Assembly (NCBI GenBank): GCA_964016885.1
Contig: CAXHJY010000330.1
Span: 62,001-126,000 of the forward strand
Direction: 5' to 3'
Length of the DNA stretch: 64,000 nucleotides
Source of the DNA: Eledone cirrhosa
Taxonomy: Eukaryota
The position numbers were made by a program, and so were the translations under genes. The notes beneath the pieces were generated by a model that searched no databases, was not told the DNA's origin, and saw only the letters and a list, made by a program, of their open reading frames with translations. Shown here piece by piece: positions 45,803-58,969 of this stretch (the stretch's first letter is position 1; each line of letters begins with the position of its first letter).

Positions 45803-47392
45803 ACCACTGAAGCTACTACAGCCACAACTACAACCACCACTACCACCACCACAGCCACCACTCACACTGAAGCTACTACAGCCACAACTACAACCATCAC
45901 TGCCACCACCACTGCCACCACTCACATTAAAGCTACTACAGCCACAACTACAACCACCACTACCACCACCACAACCACCATTCACACTGAAGCTACTACA
46001 GCCACAACTACAACCACCACTGCCACCACCACAACCACCACTCACACTGAAGCTACTACAGCCACAACTACAACCACCACTGCCATCACCACAACCACTG
46101 CCACCACTACAACCACAACCACCACAACCATTCACACTGAAGCTACTACAGCCACAACTACAACCACCACTGCCACCACCACAACCACCACTCACACTGA
46201 AACTACTACAGCCACAACTACAACCACCACTGCCACCACCACAACCACCACTCACACTGAAGCTACTACAGCCACAACTACAACCACCACTGCCACCACC
46301 ACAACTACCACTCACACTGAAGCTACTACAGCCACAACTACAACCACAACTACAACCACCACTGCCACCACCACAACCACCACTCACACTGAAGCTACTA
46401 CAGCCACAACTACAACCACCACTGCCACCACCACAACCACTGCCACCACCACAACCACCACTCACACTGAAGCTACTACAACCACAACTACAACCACCAC
46501 TGCCACCACCACAACCACTGCCACCACCACAACCACCACTCACACTGAAGCTACTACAGCCACAACTACAACCACCACTGCCACCACCACAACCACTGCC
46601 ACCACCACAACCACTGCCACCACCACAACCACTGCCACCACAACCACTGAAGCTACTACAGCCACAACTACAGCCACCACTACCACCACCACAACCACCA
46701 CTCACACTGAAGCTACTACAGCCACAACTACAACCACCACTGCCACCACCACAACCACCACTCACACTGAAGCTACTACAGCCACAACTACAACCACCAC
46801 TGCCACCACCACAACCAACACTCACACTGAAGCTACTACAGCCACAACTACAACCACCACTGCTACCACCACAACCACTGCCACCACAACCACTACAACT
46901 ACAACCACCACAACCATTCACACTGAAGCTACTACAGCCACAACTACAACCACCACTGCCACCACCACTCACACTGAAGCTACTACAGCCACAACTACAA
47001 CCATCACTGCCACCACCACAACCACCACTCACACTGAAGCTACTACAGCCACAACTACAACCACCACTGCCGCCACCACAACCACCACTCACACTGAAGC
47101 TACTACAACCACAACCACTCACACTGAAGCTACTACAGCCACAACTACAACCACCACTGCCACCACTACAACCACAACCACTACCACCACTCACACTGAA
47201 GCTACTACAGCCACAACTACAACCACTGCCACCACTACAACCACAACTACAACCACTACAACCACTGCCACCACCACTACAACCACAACCACTACCACCA
47301 CTCACACTGAAGTTACTACTGCCACCACTACAACCACAACCACTACCACCACTCACACTGAAGCTACTACAGCTACCACTACAACCACTGCC
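45803..47392. repeat. 60-bp frame-preserving minisatellite (reads [20 protein letters not shown] on +, GCSCGCSSFSVSGG on -)
   Basis: ctcacactgaagctactacagccacaactacaacc unit; all length variants are multiples of 3. Confidence 0.9.
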
Positions 47393-48005
47393 ATTACTCT
47401 ATATATACTATTGTATTTTCACGGTAAAGGCTTTACCTCACATAATATCTCACATAACATTTACATTACTCTATATATACTATTGTATTGTCACAGTAAA
47501 GGCTTTACCTCACATAATATCTCACATAACATTTACATTACTCTATATATACTATTGTATTTTCACAGTAAAGGCTTTACCTCACATAATATCTCACATA
47601 ACATTTACATTACTCTATATATACTATTGTATTTTCACGGTAAAGGCTTTACCTCACATAATATCTCACATAACATTTACATTACTCTATATATACTATT
47701 GTATTTTCACTGTAAAGGCTTTACCTCACATAATATCTCACATAACATTTACATTACTCTATATATACTATTGTATTGTCACAGTAAAGGCTTTACCTCA
47801 CATAATATCTCACATAACATTTACATTACTCTATATATACTATTGTATTTTCACGGTAAAGGCTTTACCTCACATAATATCTCACATAATATCAAATCTA
47901 TGAGATTTTGATGTTATTTATTTTGAGAACAATACCGTTATATCAGTATGAGTGGCCCGTTACAACCGGTTTGAACAGAAAGAGTTGAGAGAATTATATA
48001 CAGGA
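47393..48005 (+). mobile_element. Truncated second copy of the 72-bp-satellite MITE (7 units plus the 3' body)
   Basis: Units match 53838-57290; 47890-48000 matches 57290-57400. Confidence 0.85.
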
Positions 48006-48254
48006 CACGGCCAAATGCACCCAGCCCACACTGTAAAGTGGTCGTGTAAAAGATACCGTAAAAAGCAGCCACCAGACACTTTCAATGTGGTTGACGTTAG
48101 GAAGGGCATCCTGCCATAGAAAACCAGCCAGAACCACCGCTATTTGAGCGAGACATAGTCACCTGACATAACTCGCCTCAAAATAGGACCCGTCTAACCC
48201 ATGCTAGCATGGAAGATAGACATTAATTGATGATGATGATGATGATGATAACAT

Positions 48255-50900
48255 ACATATATTAATGTTAATATATGGTTGTTATTAGTAAACCTATCTC
48301 ATTTTTTATTATTATAAACCTCCCTAGGTGTCTTGTAGCTCACCAATATATTTTTCTCTCCTACTGCTCTCAATGTATTAAGAACTTTATTGGTAAAATA
48401 AATCATTATTTATTATCACCTATATATTAATGTGTGGTCCTTATTAGTAACCCCAACTCATTTTTTATTAATATAACCCTCCAAGGGTGTCTTGTAAGCT
48501 CACCAATATATCTTGCTCTTTTATGGCCATAAATTTTGAGCAATTTATGACCTCGGTGTATTGGCAGTATCAGTAGAGGGTCGGACACCATGCTTTGTAG
48601 CATAGAGTTACGGCCCTTTATGGTCTCAGTTCAAATCCCGCCGAGATTAACTTTGCCTTTCATCCTTACAGGGTCGATAAAATAAAGTACCAGTAATGCA
48701 CTGGGGTAATTGCTGGCCTTGTGCCAAATATAGGAACAATTATTACCTATATATGGCAATGGGTTGGCAGTGTCGGTAGAGCGTCAAACGCCATGCTTTG
48801 TAGCATAGAGTTACGGCCCTTTACACTCTGAGTTCAAATCTCGCCGAGGTTAACTTTGCCTTTCATCCTTACGGGGTCGATAAAATAAAGTACCAGTAAT
48901 GTACTGGGTAATTTGCTGGCCTTGTGCCAAAAAGTAGAAACAATTATTTGTTATTACCTATATATTAGTGTGGTTGGTGTTATTTGTAACCTCCACCTAT
49001 TTTAATTAATATAACCCTCCTAGGATGTCTTGTAAGCTCACCAATATATCTTGCTCTCCTACTGCCCTCAATTTTGCGCAATTTATGAGCTGTAAAACTA
49101 AATCATTATTTGTTATTACCTATATATTAATGTGTGGTCGGTGTTATTTGTAACCTCCAACTATTTTAATTAATATAACCCTTCTAGGGTGTCTTGTAAG
49201 CTCACCAATATATCTTGCTCTCCAACTGCCCTCAATTTTGCGCAATTTATGAGCTGTAAAACTAAATCATTATTTGTTATTACCTATATATTAATGTGTG
49301 GTCGGTGTTATTTGTAACCCCCACCTATTTAAATTAATATAACCCTCCTAGGGTGTCTTGTAAGCTCACCAATATATCTTGCTCTCCTACTGCCCTCAAT
49401 TTTGCGCAATTTATGAGCTGTAAAACTAAATCATTATTTGTTATTACCTATATATTAATGTGTGGTCGGTGTTATTTGTAACCCCACCTATTTAAATTAA
49501 TATAACCCTCCTAGGATGTCTTGTAAGCTCACCAATATATCTTGCTCTCCAGCTGCCCTCAATTTTGCGCAATTTATGAGCTGTAAAACTAAATCATTAT
49601 TTGTTATTACCTATATATTAATGTGTGGTCAGTGTTATTTGTAACCCCACCTATTTAAATTAATATAACCTTCCTAGGGTGTCTTGTAAGCTCACCAATA
49701 TATCTTGCTCTCCTACTGCCCTCAATTTTGCGCAATTTATGAACTGTAAAACTAAATCATTATTTGTTATTACCTATATATTAATGTGTGGTCGGTGTTA
49801 TTTGTAACCTCCACCTATTTTAATGAATATAACCCTCCTAGGATGTCTTGTAAGCTCACCAATATATCTTGCTCTCCTACTGCCCTCAATTTTGCGCAAT
49901 TTATGAGCTGTAAAACTAAATCATTATTTGTTATTACCTATATATTAATGTGTGGTCGGTGTTATTTGTAACCCCCACCTATTTTAATTAATATAACCCT
50001 CCTAGGATGTCTTGTAAGCTCACCAATATATCTTGCTCTCCTACTGCCCTCAATTTTGCGCAATTTATGAGCTGTAAAACTAAATCATTATTTGTTATTA
50101 CCTATATATTAATGTGTGGTCGGTGTTATTTGTAACCCCCACCTATTTTAATTAATATAACCCTCCTAGGATGTCTTGTAAGCTCACCAATATATCTTGC
50201 TCTCCTACTGCCCTCAATTTTGCGCAATTTATGAGCTGTAAAACTAAATCATTATTTGGAGGTTGACTTTGCCTTTTATCCTTACGGGGTCGATAAAATA
50301 AAGTACCAGTAATGCACTGGGTAATTGCTGGCCTTGTGCCTAAAGTAGGAACAATTATTTGTTATTACCTATATATTGTGTCATCATCATCATCATCATC
50401 ATTTTACGTCTGCTTTTCCCTGCTTGCAAGGGTGGGACGGGAACTGATGCTGGCTTGATCTCTACAGCTGGATGCCCTTCCTAACACCAACCTCATTTAC
50501 AGTGAGTGCTGGGTGCTTTTTTCCGTGGCACCTCCACGACCACTTTGCAGTGGAATGATAGGGACCCCAGTCCCTATCATCTCATTTCTACAGCTGAGTA
50601 AACTGGAGCAATATGAAATAAGTGTCTTGCTCAAGGAAACAACACATCACCCAGTCTGAGAATTGAACTCACAACCTTTCGATTGCAAGCCCAATGCTCT
50701 AACTACTAAGTCATATGCCTCCACCTATTTTAATTAATATAACCCTTCTAGGGTGTCTTGTAAGCTCACCAATATATCTTGCTCTCCCACTGCCCTCAAC
50801 GTATTAAAAACGTTATGACCTGTAAAATGAATTATTATATAATGTCACTTAAGGTCACCCATTTATTTATATTGTCTGGTTTATTGTTAAACCCACCTTT
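48255..50900. repeat. ~164-bp tandem repeat (8 homogeneous copies at 48945-50258 plus diverged flanking copies), interrupted by SINEs (48555-48945 and 50258-50355 family 1; 50380-50720 family 2, minus)
   Basis: gagctgtaaaactaaa at 49087, 49251, 49415, 49578, 49741, 49905, 50069, 50233. Confidence 0.92.
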
Positions 50901-50921
50901 TTTTAAATTAATATAAAATAC

Positions 50922-50983
50922 CTGAACCGTGTCGTATCTTTCATTCACCTGTGTACATTGCTTTTGTAATGTTTCAATATATC
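50922..50983 (-). CDS. Candidate exon (DILKHYKSNVH with donor at 50948, or YIETLQKQCTQVNERYDTVQ with donor at 50921)
   Basis: Acceptor ggttgtAG; two consensus donors, CAG|GTGAAT and CAG|GTATTT; unique, protein-like sequence. Confidence 0.55.
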
Positions 50984-53600
50984 CTACAACCCAGCACCAT
51001 CACCCTGATACCCTACAATCCACCACCACCACCACCAACACCCTAATACCCTACAATCCACCACCACCACCAACAACACCCTGATACCCTACAATCCACC
51101 ACCACCCACCGCCACCAACACCCTGATATTCTACAGCCCACCACCACCACCACTACCACCACCAACACCCTGATATCCTACAGACCAACACCACCACCAA
51201 CACCCTGATATCCTACAGACCAACACCACCACCACCAACACCCTGATATCCTACAGACCAACACGACTACCACCAACACCCTGATATCCTACAGCCCACC
51301 ACTACCACCAACACCCTGATATCCTACAGACCAACACCACCACCAACACCCTGATATCCTACAGACCAACACCACCACCACCAACACCCTGATATCCTAC
51401 AGCCCACCAACACCCTGATATCCTACAGCCCACCACCACCACCAACACCCTGATATCCTACAGCCCACCACCACCACCAACACCCTGATATCCTACAGCC
51501 CACCACCACCACCAACACCATGATATCCTACAGCCCACCACCATCACCAACACCCTGATATCCTACAGACCAACACCACCACCACCAACACCCTGATATC
51601 CTACAGCCCACCAACACTTTGATATCCTACAGCCCACCACCACCACCAACACCCTGATATCCTACAGCCCACCACCACCACCAACACCCTGATATCCTAC
51701 AGCCCACCACCACCACCAACACCCTGATATCCTACAGACCAACACCACCACCACCACCCTGATATCCTACAGAACACCACCACCACCAACACCCTGATAT
51801 CCTACAGACCAACACCACCACTACCACCACCACCCTGATATCCTACAGACCAACACCTCCGCCACCAACACCCTGATATCCTACAGAACACCACCACCAC
51901 CAACACCCTGATATCCTACAGACCAACACCTCCGCCACCAACACCCTGATATCCTACAGACCAACACCACCGCCACCAACACCCTGATATCCTACAGAAC
52001 ACCACCACCACCAACACCCTGATATCCTACAGACCAACACCACCACTACCACCACCACCCTGATATCCTACAGACCAACACCTCCGCCACCAACACCCTG
52101 ATATCCTACAGACCAACACCACTACCATCAACACCCTGATATCCTACAGACCAACACCACCACCACCACCAACACCCTGATATCCTACAGACCAACACCA
52201 CCACCAACACCCTGATATCCTACAGACCAACACCACTACCACCAACACCCTGATATCCTACAGACCAACACCACCACCACCACCATGATATCCTACAGAC
52301 CAACACCACTACCACCAACACCATGATATCCTACAGACCAACACCAACACCATGATATCCTACAGACCACAACCACCACTACCAACACCCTGATATCTTA
52401 CAGCCCACCACAACCCACCACCACCCTGATATCCTACAGACCAACACTACCACCACCACCAACACTCTGATATCCTACAGCCCACCACCGCCACCAACAC
52501 CCTGATATCCTACAGACCAACACCACCATCACCACCAACACCCTGATATCCTACAGACCAACACGACCACTACCAACACCCTGATATCCTACAGACCAAC
52601 ACCACCATCACCACCACCCTGATATCCTACAGACCAACACCACCACCACCACCAACACCATGATATCCTACAGACCACCACCACCAACACCCTGATATCC
52701 TACAGACGACCACCACCACTACCACCAACACCCTGATATCCTACAGACCAACACCACCGCCACCAACACCCTGATATCCTACAGACCAACACCACCACCA
52801 CCAACACCCTGATATCCTACAGACCAACACCACAGCCACCAACACCCTGATATCCTACAGAACACCACCACCACCAACACCCTGATATCCTACAGACCAA
52901 CACCACCACCACCACCACCAACACCCTGATATCCTACAGACCAACACCTCCGCCACCAACACCCTGATATCCTACAGACCAACACCACCGCCACCAACAC
53001 CCTGATATCCTACAGCCCAACACCACCACCAACACCATGATATCCTACAGACCAACACGACCACCATCACCACCATCCTGATATCCTACAGCCCACCACC
53101 ACCATCACCACCAACACCATGATATCCTACAGACCAACACCACCACCACCACCAACACCATGATATCCTATGGACCAACACCACCACCACCACCAACACC
53201 CTGATATCTTACAGAACACCACCACCACCACCACCAACACTCTGATATCCTACAGCCCACCACCGCCACCAACACCCTGATATCCTACAGATCATCACCA
53301 CCACCACCAACACCCTGATATCCTACAGACCAACACCACCCACCGCCACCAACACCAGGATATCCTACAGACCAACACCACCACCACCATGATATCCTAT
53401 GGACCAACACCACCACCACCACCAACACCCTGATATCTTACAGAACACCACCACCACCACCACCACCACCAACACTCTGATATCCTACAGCCCACCACCG
53501 CCACCAACACCCTGATATCCTACAGCCCACCACCGCCACCAACACCCTGATATCCTACAGATCATCACCACCACCACCAACATTCTGATATCCTACAGAC
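50984..53600. repeat. ~30-40-bp minisatellite (acaccctgatatcctacagacca(acc)n), roughly 70-80 units, filling a putative intron edge to edge
   Basis: Directly visible. Confidence 0.95.
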
Positions 53601-53676
53601 TTTTGTAGCTGATGAAAGATATGTGGGTAGAGAAGAAAGTGGAGTGAGAGGGGGGTTCTTTCTCCTGCAGATTTGT
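53601..53676 (-). CDS. Candidate 76-bp exon (QICRRKNPPLTPLSSLPTYLSSATK in the phase matching both neighbours)
   Basis: Acceptor ttttcccccaaaccctctctAG, donor AAA|GTCTGT; phase 2 to 0 joins exon 60259-60346 to exon 50949-50983 in frame. Confidence 0.5.
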
Positions 53677-53823
53677 CTAGAGAGGGTTTGGGGGAAAATT
53701 TGTAAAAATGTCCCAGAGAGAATGACTCTTAATCTCAGCAGGTTCTTAGGAAATGAAATGAAAAAAATGTCATTTAGAGCTCACACCTATTGTATCTCAT
53801 AAGAGGTTTTGGGGGTATTTTAA

Positions 53824-56800
53824 CCCTTTAGTATTTATATTACTCTATATATACTATTGTATTTTCACAGTAAAGGCTTTACTTCACATAATACCTCACA
53901 TAACATTTACATTACTCTATATATACCATTGTATTTTCACGGTAAAGGCTTTACCTCACATAATATCTCACATAACATTTACATTGCTCTATATATACTA
54001 TTGTATTTTCACAGTAAAGGCTTTACCTCACATAATATCTCACATAACATTTACATTACTCTATATATACTATTGTATTTTCATGGTAAAGGCTTTACTT
54101 CACATAATATCTCACATAACATTTACATTACGCTATATATACTATTGTATTTTCACAGTAAAGGCTTTACCTCACATAATATCTCACATAACATTTACAT
54201 TACTCTATATATACTATTGTATTTTCACGGTAAAGGCTTTACCTCACATAATATCTCACATAACATTTACATTACTCTATATATACTATTGTATTTTCAC
54301 AGTAAAGGCTTTACCTCACATAATATCTCACATAACATTTACATTACTCTATATATACTATTATATTTTCACAGTAAATGCTTTAGCTCACATAATATCT
54401 CACATAACATTTACATTACTCTATATATACTATTGTATTGTCACAGTAAAGGCTTCACCTCACATAATATCTCACATAACATTTTCATTACTCTATATAT
54501 ACTATTGTATTTTCACAGTAAAGGCTTTACCTCACATAATATCTCACATAACATTTACATTACTCTATATATACTATTGTATTTTCACAGTAAAGGCTTT
54601 ACCTCACATAATATCTCACATAACATTTACATTACTCTATATATACTATTGTATTGTCACAGTAAAGGCTTTACTTCACATAATACCTCACATAACATTT
54701 ACATTACTCTATATATACTATTGTATTGTCACAGTAAAGGCTTTACCTCACGTAATATCTCACATAACATTTACATTATTCTATATATACTATTGTATTT
54801 TCACAGTAAAGGCTTTACCTCACATAATATCTCACATAACATTTTCATTACTCTATATATACTATTGTATTTTCACAGTAAAGGCTTTACCTCACATAAT
54901 ATCTCACATAACATTTACATTACTCTATATATACTATTGTATTTTCACAGTAAAGGCTTTACCTCACATAATATCTCACATAACATTTACATTACTCTAT
55001 ATATACTATTGTATTGTCACAGTAAAGGCTTTACTTCACATAATACCTCACATAACATTTACATTACTCTATATATACTATTGTATTGTCACAGTAAAGG
55101 CTTTACCTCACATAATATCTCACATAACATTTACATTATTCTATATATACTATTGTATTTTCACAGTAAAGGCTTTACCTCACATAATATCTCACATAAC
55201 ATTTACATTACTCTATATATACTATTGTATTGTCACAGTAAAGGCTTTACCTCACATAATATCTCACATAACATTTACATTACTCTATATATACTATTGT
55301 ATTTTCACAGTAAAGGCTTTACCTCACATAATATCTCACATAACATTTACATTACTCTATATATACTATTGTATTTTCACAGTAAAGGCTTTACCTCACA
55401 TAATATCTCACATAACATTTACATTACTCTATATATACTATTGTATTTTCACAGTAAAGGCTTTACCTCACATAATATCTCACATAACATTTACATTACT
55501 CTATATATACTATTGTATTTTCACAGTAAAGGCTTTACCTCACATAATATCTCACATAGCATTTACATTACTCTATATATACTATTGTATTTTCATGGTA
55601 AAGGCTTTACCTCACATAATATATCACATAACATTTACATTACTCTATATATACTATTGTATTGTCACAGTAAAGGCTTTACCTCACATAATATCTCACA
55701 TAACATTTACATTACTCTATATATACTATTGTATTTTCACAGTAAAGGCTTTACCTCACATAATATCTCACATAACAGTCACATTACTCTATATATACTA
55801 TTGTATTTTCATGGTAAAGGCTTTACCTCACATAATACCTCACATTACATTTACATTACTCTATATATACTATTGTATTTTCACAGTAAAGTCTTTACCT
55901 CACATAATATCTCACATAACATTTACATTACTCTATATATACTATTGTATTTTCACAGTAAAGGCTTTACCTCACATAATATCTCACATAACATTTACAT
56001 TACTCTATATATACTATTATATTTTCACAGTAAAGGCTTTACCTCACATAATATCTCACATAAGATTTACATTACTCTATATATACTATTGTATTTTCAC
56101 AGTAAAGGCTTTACCTCACATAATATCTCACATAACATTTACATTACTCTATATATACTATTGTATTTTCACAGTAAAGGCTTTACCTTACATAATATCT
56201 CACATAACATTTACATTACTCTATATATACTATTGTATTTTCACAGTAAAGGCTTTACCTCACATAATATCTCACATAACATTTACATTACTCTATATAT
56301 ACTATTGTATTTTCACAGTAAAGGCTTTACCTCACATAATATCTCACATAGCATTTACATTACTCTATATATACTATTGTATTTTCATGGTAAAGGCTTT
56401 ACCTCACATAATATATCACATAACATTTACATTACTCTATATATACTATTGTATTGTCACAGTAAAGGCTTTACCTCACATAATATCTCACATAACATTT
56501 ACATTACTCTATATATACTATTGTATTTTCACAGTAAAGGCTTTACCTCACATAATATCTCACATAACAGTCACATTACTCTATATATACTATTGTATTT
56601 TCATGGTAAAGGCTTTACCTCACATAATACCTCACATTACATTTACATTACTCTATATATACTATTGTATTTTCACAGTAAAGTCTTTACCTCACATAAT
56701 ATCTCACATAACATTTACATTACTCTATATATACTATTGTATTTTCACAGTAAAGGCTTTACCTCACATAATATCTCACATAACATTTACATTACTCTAT

Positions 56801-57428
56801 ATATACTATTATATTTTCACAGTAAAGGCTTTACCTCACATAATATCTCACATAAAATTTACATTACTCTATATATACTATTGTATTTTCACAGTAAAGG
56901 CTTTACCTCACATAATATCTCACATAACATTTACATTACTCTATATATACTATTGTATTTTCACAGTAAAGGCTTTACCTTACATAATATCTCACATAAC
57001 ATTTACATTACTCTATATATACTATTGTATTTTCACAGTAAAGGCTTTACCTCACATAATATCTCACATAACATTTACATTACTCTATATATACTATTGT
57101 ATTTTCACAGTAAAGGCTTTACCTCACATAATATCTCACATAACATTTACATTACTCTATATATACTATTGTATTTTCACAGTAAAGGCTTTACCTCACA
57201 TAATATATCACATAACATTTACATTACTCTATATATACTATTGTATTTTCACAGTAAAGGCTTCACCTCACATAATATCTCACATAATATTGAATCTATG
57301 AGATATTGATGTCATTTATTTTGAGAACAATACCTTAATATCAGTATGAGTGACCAGTTATGGCAAGTTTGAACAGAAAGAGGTGAGAGAATTCTGGCCA
57401 GATACGACTGGTTTTAAATGCTAAAGGG
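53824..57428. mobile_element. piggyBac-type MITE with an internal 72-bp satellite (~48 units, 53838-57290)
   Basis: TTAA(53820-23)-CCCTTTAGTATTTA ... TAAATGCTAAAGGG-TTAA(57429-32): 14-bp TIRs with 1 mismatch and a TTAA TSD. Confidence 0.88.
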
Positions 57429-57432
57429 TTAA

Positions 57433-57865
57433 TGGTAGGGCCTGCCTCCAGTCAAATCATGTTGTTGTTACAGTTCACACCTATGTAGGTTTAGCTGGCC
57501 TCCTACAAGGGAGATTTCTTGGGTGTTTTAATGAGAGGGACCCCAGTCCTATCATGTTGTTACAGCTCACACCTATGTAGGGTTAGCTGGCCTCCTACAG
57601 GGTTGTATCTCATAGGAGGTTTCTTGGGTGTCTTAATGATAGGGACCCCAGTCCTATGATGTTGTTACAGCTCACACCTATGTAGGTTTAGCTGGCCTCC
57701 TACAAGGTTGTATCTCATAGGAGGTGTCTGGGGTGTTTTAATGATAGGGACCCCAGTCCTATGATGTTGTTACAGCTCACACCTATGTAGGTTTAGCTGG
57801 CCTCCTACAAGGGAGATTTCTTGGGTGTTTTAATGATAGGGACCCCAGTCCTATCATGTTGTTTT
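57433..57865. repeat. ~92-105-bp tandem repeat (x4) that hosts the MITE insertion
   Basis: cagctcacacctatgtaggtttagctggcctcctacaagg...TTAAtgatagggaccccagtc. Confidence 0.85.
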
Positions 57866-57875
57866 TGTTACAACT

Positions 57876-58450
57876 CATCATCATCATCATCGTTTAACGT
57901 CCATGTTCCACGCTTGCATGGGTTTGGACGGGAGTTTTCCCACTTGAGGCAAGAGTGGTTGTCTTGCTCGCATAGGACTGTCTGGCGGGTTTTCTACAGC
58001 TGGATGCCCTTCCTAACACCAACCACATTTACAGTGTGGGGCTGGGAGGTTTTTGCCGTGTTGCCTACACAGCCACATTACAGCGTGGACTGTCTGGCGG
58101 GTTTTCTACAGTTGGATGCCCTTCCTAACACCAACCACATTTACAGTGTGGGGCTGGGAGGTTTTTGCCGTGTTGCCTACACGGCCACATTACAGCGTGG
58201 ACTGTCTGGCAGGTTTTCTACAGCTGGATGCCCTTCCCAACACCAACCACATTTACAGTGTGGACTGGGAGGTTTTTACCGTGTTACCTACACGGCCACA
58301 TTACAGCGTGGACTGTGTGTTTTTTTGGTTTTTTTTGTCGTGACACCTATACGAGTGAGACACAGTCACCTGACCAATCTTGCCTCAAGTGGGACAGCTC
58401 CCGTCTAACCCATGTGGAAGATAGACGTTTAAACGATGATGATGATCATG
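57876..58450. mobile_element. RTE-tail-derived element with tails at both ends in inverted orientation and an internal ~112-bp tandem x3
   Basis: Left end (cat)n-cgtttaacgtcc..acgggag..cccacttgaggcaag; right end cttgcctcaagtggga..ctcccgt..gacgtttaaac(gat)n. Confidence 0.75.
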
Positions 58451-58710
58451 ATATATATATATATATATATATATATAACAAAAAAGGTATGGTAAGATAC
58501 CAGGTGGACCATAACACCCCAGAGTACTCGTATGTAGGGTAGACGTTGGGGTCCTGACTCTTTTCCTATATATATAAAGTTTAACCTGTTTAGCTTGCTT
58601 CGTTTTTGGGGCTCCGGTGACTGATAGCTTTATTACCGCCATTTTCACTTTGCATGGCCTCTCTAACATATGTTAATTGCTCTGGCCTTCCTTGTATATC
58701 TGATAAATTT

Positions 58711-58795
58711 CGACCTTACACACTTGCACCTCTCTAAGACAATGTCACTGGACCGAGATCTTTGGCGCTACGCAGTAATACAGAAGACCCACCTT
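58711..58795 (+). mobile_element. Probable RTE LINE ORF C-terminal fragment
   Basis: Translates DLTHLHLSKTMSLDRDLWRYAVIQKT, containing the DR..WR motif found at the end of RTE ORFs. Confidence 0.5.
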
Positions 58796-58969
58796 GCCTA
58801 TGTACAAAGCGAAACCAACAGTCAAGGAGGCACCTCTTAACCAAATATACACCCCAATCCACTACCCCTACCCTAATATCCCACTCCCACCAACACCACC
58901 CTCTCTCTGTAAAGTTGGTACCACAACATCCAATCCAAATAAATGAGATAATGTGATTGAGATAGAGAT

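Noticed and set aside
45761-47356. Keratin-associated or metallothionein-like Gly/Cys/Ser protein
   Set aside because: No ATG, antisense reading of an ACN-triplet minisatellite; similarity is compositional only.
50984-53600. CRISPR-like look (constant core with variable spacers); also 58970-59650
   Set aside because: The variable parts are only (ACC)n length variants, not unique spacers; no cas genes; eukaryotic context.
53857-57309. 1150-aa and 1105-aa ORFs
   Set aside because: They are translations of a 72-bp satellite inside a MITE, open in two frames at once. Unit variants are mostly non-synonymous, as expected for neutral DNA, and there is no ATG start.
57479-57812. Repeated 22-nt AG..GT micro-exon on the minus strand
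   Set aside because: Its phase does not fit the upstream candidate exon and it is part of a tandem repeat; no further support.
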